Of a stretch of 64,000 nucleotides of DNA, positions 59,037 through 64,000 are shown in pieces. Source of the stretch: Desulfobacterales bacterium (GTDB lineage: Bacteria > Desulfobacterota > Desulfobacteria > Desulfobacterales > UBA2174). The notes below the pieces were generated by a model, which searched no databases, was not told the origin of the DNA, and saw only the letters and a list, made by a program, of their open reading frames with translations. The translations under genes and the position numbers were made by a program. Within the stretch, counting starts at the first letter, position 1, and each line of letters starts with the position of its first letter. The DNA lies in assembly GCA_963668645.2 (NCBI GenBank), contig CAXXWC010000019.1, positions 608,001 to 672,000 on the forward strand. Reading direction: 5' to 3'.

Positions 59037-60311
59037 TTAGAACAAATTGGGCACGAATAAAACAACTGCAGGGCAATAGGTTACAATAATCAACACGATA
59101 AGAATCATCAAAGTCATCGGAAAAATTCGTCTGACCAGTGCGGGCAGTTCGATATTGCCAATGGAGCAGCAAACGTAAAGTACCGTTCCAACCGGCGGAG
59201 TGATCAACCCGAGACACAGATTGCAAACGACAATGACCCCAAAATGGATCGGATCAATACCGATCGATTGAGCCAGCGGGGCCATCACCGGGACAAGAAT
59301 AAAAAGTGCGGGAACCAAGTCGATGACACAGCCCACTACCAGCAAAAACAGGTTGATGCCGATCAAAACAACCAGCGGACTGACCTCTGCCTTGAAGACC
59401 ATATTGGCAATGTTCTGGGGAACCATGGAAATGGTCAAAAGCCAAGTCACGATCGATGCCGCTCCGCACACCAACATTACGATTGAAGTGTTTTTTCCTG
59501 CGCTCACAAAGGCAGGAAAAAACGCTTTGAGATCCATTTTGTAAATTGCCACGGCAATAAGCAGGGCATAAACGACCGCCACAGCACCAGCTTCGGTCGG
59601 TGTAAAAATTCCGCTCAGGATGCCCCCCAAAATAATAAAGGGAAGCATCAAAACCGGCAACGCCTTTACAAAAGCACCGGCAATGGCTTTTGCAGGCATC
59701 CGTTTTTCACGGGGATAATGGTGTTTATGTGAAACATAAGCGTTCATGACCAGGAGCACAACGCCGATCAGTATTCCTGGCACTGCACCTGCCAAAAAAA
59801 GCATCGCGATGGAAGTTCCCGAGATCATGCCATAGATGATCATTGGAATGCTGGGTGGGATAATCGGCCCCATCACAGCAGATGCAGAAGTAAGCGCACA
59901 AGCGTAATCCTTGTCGTATCCGGATTCTTCCATCATGGGAATCTCCAGCATCCCTAGGGCGGAGGTATCGGCCACTGCCGAACCGGTAACCCCGGCAAAC
60001 AGCATACTGGCTAAAACATTTACATACCCGAGTCCCCCTCTCAGCCATCCGACTATCGCATTTGCAAAAGTTAATATGTCCCGAATAATGCCGGCCCGAT
60101 TCATAATCTCGCCCGCCAGCATAAAAAAGGGAATGGCCATGAGTGTGAAACTGTCCACCCCGGAAACCATCCGACGGGCAACAATCATCGGTTCCGTGCT
60201 TCCGGAAAAAAACATGAGCATCAGGCCGGAGATCCCCAGGCAGAATCCTATGGGCAACCCGATGACAATGGTCACCGCAAGTACTGCCAAAAAAATGAAC
60301 AGTGTGATCAA
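59037..60311 (-). CDS. dctM: TRAP transporter large permease DctM
   Basis: MAIPFFMLAG, GSAVAD, GPIIPPSI, TPPVG. Confidence 0.95.
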   Translation of the reverse strand: MITLFIFLAVLAVTIVIGLPIGFCLGISGLMLMFFSGSTEPMIVARRMVSGVDSFTLMAIPFFMLAGEIMNRAGIIRDILTFANAIVGWLRGGLGYVNVLASMLFAGVTGSAVADTSALGMLEIPMMEESGYDKDYACALTSASAVMGPIIPPSIPMIIYGMISGTSIAMLFLAGAVPGILIGVVLLVMNAYVSHKHHYPREKRMPAKAIAGAFVKALPVLMLPFIILGGILSGIFTPTEAGAVAVVYALLIAVAIYKMDLKAFFPAFVSAGKNTSIVMLVCGAASIVTWLLTISMVPQNIANMVFKAEVSPLVVLIGINLFLLVVGCVIDLVPALFILVPVMAPLAQSIGIDPIHFGVIVVCNLCLGLITPPVGTVLYVCCSIGNIELPALVRRIFPMTLMILIVLIIVTYCPAVVLFVPNLF

Positions 60312-60838
60312 TTGGCCACCTCTCTTTTTTGAACAGCCTGGATTAGATCGCGCAGGCCGACGATACCCATCAAAACTGCCAGCACCGGTACAACACCATA
60401 AATATAACTGTAAGGGATTTTAAAATATTCCGTTAATTGTACGGTGGTCAGTTCGGCCAGTTGCCAGCCCCCCACGACCAGATATAGGGAAAAAATTATC
60501 TCCAGAATTGCAGCGATGGCATCCGCCCATTTTCCGGCCGCCGGGTAAATCCGAGCGATCACATTGCCCATTCCAACGTGTGCTCTTTCCCACATACTTG
60601 ACACAATTGCAATGAAAGTTACCCATACGAAAGCAGCTCTGGAGACTTCATCAGCCCAATTGAGCGAACTGGAAAATATGTATCGACCGAGAATATTACA
60701 AAATACGGTGGCAACCATAACGAACAACAAAATACAGACCATTATCCGCATAATCATGGTAAGCATACTGAAAAGCTTATCTACCCATCGAAGCGCTGCA
60801 ATCTTCTGCCCGGATCCGGTAACCCCTTTCTCCATCAT
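60308..60838 (-). CDS. dctQ: TRAP transporter small permease DctQ
   Basis: GRYIF, WADEVSR, HVGM. Confidence 0.92.
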   Translation of the reverse strand: MMEKGVTGSGQKIAALRWVDKLFSMLTMIMRIMVCILLFVMVATVFCNILGRYIFSSSLNWADEVSRAAFVWVTFIAIVSSMWERAHVGMGNVIARIYPAAGKWADAIAAILEIIFSLYLVVGGWQLAELTTVQLTEYFKIPYSYIYGVVPVLAVLMGIVGLRDLIQAVQKREVAN

Positions 60839-60983
60839 ACATGTTTCTCCTTACTTTATTCGATCGTATACAAGCTCTCTTGCAGTTTTATGGGCACCGG
60901 TCAAGTTAAACATCAGTAAAGATCCTTTTCGATCACCCAAGAGATAGCCCCCCTCCCACCCTGTTCCTATTATTTTTTAGTAA

Positions 60984-62006
60984 CTATTTTACATTTTCAA
61001 TATCTTCCAAAACTTTTTTACCCCATGGATATTTTGCACAGAAGCTATTGATTATGTCTTGACTAGCATCTTTAAAGGGCTTTTTCTCCTCTTCGCTCAA
61101 TTGGATAATTTCTATCCCGTACTTATCGTTATACCATTTCTCGGTCTTGGCCTCTTCCGCTTTTAATATCTTATTTGTGTAGGCAATGGAGGCTGCAGTT
61201 GATTCTCGCAAGGCGCGTTGATAATCTGCCGGTAATTTGTCGAACCACTTCTTGTTAACCGAATAAAAATTTGGGAAAACCATAATCGTCATTTTGGTAA
61301 TGTATTTCGTTTGATCGGCCCAGCCCATGTTCTTGAAATTCAGAATCGAATTAGGAGCACCGTCCACGATGCCCTGCTGCAGAGCCGTATATGTTTCTGT
61401 CAGGGGGAGTGGAGTAGCGGACATACCTATTGCCTTGACAGCATTGATAATAGAATCCGATTGCCAAACCCTAACCCTCAGGCCTTTGCAATCCGCAAGA
61501 GTTCGAAGAGGGCGTTTGTTATTTGCGAAATGCACTTCACCTTGAGAAAAGGCACCGATCATTTCCACACCGATTTTGGCGTATTCTTCTTCGATTTTCT
61601 TTCCGAAAGGTCCCTGGAACACCTTAAGCATATGGTCGACATTTCTGAAAACAAAAGGCAATTCAAACACCTTCATTTCGGGGATGGTATTCTGAAGCAG
61701 ACCGCCAAAGATGGCCATTTCGATGGTGCCCGCTCGTGTTCCTTCTATAAACTCCATCTCGCCACCAAGCTGGCAACTGTCAAAGACGTTCACCTTCACT
61801 TTACCATCGGTTTTTTTCTCGACCATCGGCACAAAACATTCCCTCAGAGCGATACTGGCGGCATGGTCGGTTCCGAAATAGGTAGCCATTTTAATTGTCC
61901 AGGTTTTGGCTTCAGCTTGACCGAATGCCGCGACCATGGTGCTCGCTACAAAAAGAAAAACAAAGGAACAGCAAACCTTGACTGTAAGCCGGTTAGTCTG
62001 GATCAT
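60984..62006 (-). CDS. dctP: TRAP transporter substrate-binding protein DctP
   Basis: Signal peptide; QLGGE, KGLRVRV, ETYTALQQGIVDG. Confidence 0.93.
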   Translation of the reverse strand: MIQTNRLTVKVCCSFVFLFVASTMVAAFGQAEAKTWTIKMATYFGTDHAASIALRECFVPMVEKKTDGKVKVNVFDSCQLGGEMEFIEGTRAGTIEMAIFGGLLQNTIPEMKVFELPFVFRNVDHMLKVFQGPFGKKIEEEYAKIGVEMIGAFSQGEVHFANNKRPLRTLADCKGLRVRVWQSDSIINAVKAIGMSATPLPLTETYTALQQGIVDGAPNSILNFKNMGWADQTKYITKMTIMVFPNFYSVNKKWFDKLPADYQRALRESTAASIAYTNKILKAEEAKTEKWYNDKYGIEIIQLSEEEKKPFKDASQDIINSFCAKYPWGKKVLEDIENVK

Positions 62007-62528
62007 TTCGTCCTCCTAATGAAGCATTTTGTTTCGGTTACGTATGTGTCCACCTGAAAATGGCATCTTTCGGTCCCTCACGGTGTTCTCGCGCTGTGCC
62101 CATATCCGGCATCGCGTCGCGATGCCCACATCGATCGGGCCTTGCGGCAGGCCGAAATCCAGCACTTGTGGACGGACACCAAATCGCCTTTATTCTTCAA
62201 TCGTTAAAGCCTCTCCGCTCCTCCTTTCATCGATTAGATCGTTATCTGCCACCATGTGTTTGACCAAAAAATTTATTTCATATTTAAAACATAATTTTAA
62301 TATCACACCATTAAAATAGTGTCAATATTTTTCCGATGTGCTAAAATAGCCGGCTATAGACTCCCCTCCAGTATGCAGGGATTGAGGATGTTTTTGCGGG
62401 TCCGCCAAACGCTTGAATCGCCGCACCAGTAAATACCGGGCTTTTGATTTCTTGCATGCCATCCCGTCTTGACGGGATAAATCTCCCTCTTTTCCGGCAA
62501 CCGCCAGTGCCCCCCCCCCCCGCCGGTC

Positions 62529-63599
62529 TCAATACCAGCCATAGTCGTTCACTGCCCGGGTCATGGCCCAAACATTGACCGGCGGCGCCTTGACCGGCAA
62601 ACCGCAGCCCGGACCAAGGATAAAACCCGCTGCGGCATGCTTGCCGGCTTCGATCACCTCACGGCTCAGTGTGTAAACCTGTTCCGGACTTGCCGTCTGG
62701 ATAACCACCGGGTCGATATTGCCGAAAAGGATGTCTTTGGGGAAAAAACGTGCGGCGTCGGCCAGCTTCACCTCATGGCCGAAGCTCAGCACGCTAGGAT
62801 GCGACCACGGCATCGCCTCGGCCAGCAGCGGTAAGTTGGCGTTCTGCTCGCCGCAGATGTGAAAGCCGAAGCGCGGGACGCCGAGCTGCTTCAAATGTTC
62901 GTGGTAACACAGGTGGGCCGGGACTGCAAAACGCTCAAAGAGCCTTGGTGAAATCAGTTGGTTTGATTCCCCCGGTGAGCTCATCCAGGCAAAGAGACGA
63001 TGGACCCCGAAGGTCTCCACCCAGACGTCGAGGACGTTGAAAATATGCTTCATGGCCAGAGAAATCAGACGGCGGCACAGCTCCGGCTTCCTGATCAGCC
63101 AGCGCATGAAACGATCGGTCCCGCAGATATTGGCGGCCATGGAAAGAGGCGAACGGGAAAAAAAATAAACCGGTCGGTCATCGGCCATCTGAAGTTGGGC
63201 CAGATGCAGCATCTTGGGGATACGTCCGGTCCGGCGCGGGTCGGGCAGGCGCAACGCCTCGATCCTCGCTTCGCAGTCCGCCGGGAAGGATTCTACCACC
63301 ATGGCAGATTCAAACTCGCCTCGGGGCAAGCGCACGTTTCCGCCGAAATCAAGTGCACCGAGCACCGTGTGGGCCATGGGTTGGTCCGGAATCGGATCCC
63401 AACCGTACTGCTCACAGGCCCAACGGTGAGCATTGAAGCTCTTTTGCGGATCGTCATAGGCCGCAGCTACGGCGAAACCGGCGTTGACGGCGTTGAACCC
63501 GTCACTGAGTGATCCGAGCGGCACCCGGTCGATGCCACGGGACGCGAACAGCGCTGCCAGCCGCTGCCGGCTATTCATACGATCTTGCTTCAGGTGCAT
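62529..63599 (-). CDS. Uroporphyrinogen decarboxylase/MtaA-CmuA family protein
   Basis: DRVP, LISP, FHICG, FGNIDP, FILGPGC. Confidence 0.85.
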   Translation of the reverse strand: MHLKQDRMNSRQRLAALFASRGIDRVPLGSLSDGFNAVNAGFAVAAAYDDPQKSFNAHRWACEQYGWDPIPDQPMAHTVLGALDFGGNVRLPRGEFESAMVVESFPADCEARIEALRLPDPRRTGRIPKMLHLAQLQMADDRPVYFFSRSPLSMAANICGTDRFMRWLIRKPELCRRLISLAMKHIFNVLDVWVETFGVHRLFAWMSSPGESNQLISPRLFERFAVPAHLCYHEHLKQLGVPRFGFHICGEQNANLPLLAEAMPWSHPSVLSFGHEVKLADAARFFPKDILFGNIDPVVIQTASPEQVYTLSREVIEAGKHAAAGFILGPGCGLPVKAPPVNVWAMTRAVNDYGWY

Positions 63600-63640
63600 G
63601 GTTTTTCAAGACACGAATGCATGAGGTTTTGAACCTGGCT

Positions 63641-64000
63641 CTAGCCGCCCTCGCAGGTCAGCAGAATCTCCTGCGCGCCAGCAGCGCCGCTCCAGTCGAA
63701 CCTCTCCACCGCAAGGCGGTAGCTGTTGTGGGCGATCAACCGCCTGTACGGCTTCTGCCACAGGCAATGACCGTCGGCCGTCGCCCGCACCACAACGGCC
63801 TTCAGGGTTTGTGATACCTGGAAAAAATAACCACTGCCGAGCCATGGCAACCGGGCTACGGCTGTGCCTGAAGGGGCTGTAAGCTGCGGTGTGACGAATC
63901 GGATCGGCCGTTGACAGGTGAGGCGCACCGTCGGCCGGGCTAGGGTCGGAACCCCGTCCAGTTGCCCGGCGACCCCCCGTGCGGCCCGGCGCCCCTCCAG
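63641..64000 (-). CDS. C-terminal part of a probable NAD(P)/FAD-dependent oxidoreductase (continues beyond the window)
   Basis: Frame open to the edge: LEGRRAARGVAG...PIRFVTPQL. Confidence 0.5.
   Translation of the reverse strand: MEGRRAARGVAGQLDGVPTLARPTVRLTCQRPIRFVTPQLTAPSGTAVARLPWLGSGYFFQVSQTLKAVVVRATADGHCLWQKPYRRLIAHNSYRLAVERFDWSGAAGAQEILLTCEGG

Noticed and set aside
62029..62340. Short ORFs upstream of the second dctP
   Set aside because: Interrupted by stops, with no recognisable family; treated as regulatory or decayed sequence.
1..64000. CRISPR array, tRNA, rRNA, integron attC array
   Set aside because: No regularly spaced repeats or recognisable structural RNA seen by eye; a covariance-model search would be needed to exclude small RNAs.

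Overview
This is a mosaic accessory region, probably from an anaerobic deltaproteobacterium (Desulfobacterales-like; inferred from gene content only). (1) Bases 1-4.4 kb form an AT-rich island with a GAF/PAS histidine kinase, a receiver domain fused to a DUF5678-like domain, a retropepsin-like aspartyl protease and a small membrane protein. This is the best candidate for an undescribed system. (2) Bases 4.6-18 kb hold mobile elements and toxin-antitoxin genes: nested IS elements, stubs of a RAYT/Y1-type transposase, Phd-RelE, two AbiE-type modules and a HicB remnant. They are interleaved with YhhN, GlpA-like/SdhB-like genes and a lactonase. (3) Bases 18-37 kb contain a TAXI-TRAP/CoA-transferase/GntR unit, a COG1373-type ATPase, and a sigma-54 activator with a visible -24/-12 promoter and upstream palindromes. 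They also hold a divergent class III cyclase-like protein, a secreted PLA2-motif protein, FabH, BKACE and several gene remnants. (4) Bases 37-62 kb are a minus-strand anaerobic catabolic cluster: two TRAP systems, TatD-like, IclR, GlcD/GlcF-like dehydrogenase, ETF, SDR, IorAB, two acyl-CoA dehydrogenases, aldolase, MaoC, and two AbfD paralogues, one split by IS1634. I saw no rRNA, tRNA or CRISPR array. All family calls come from motif recognition by eye, not from database searches.
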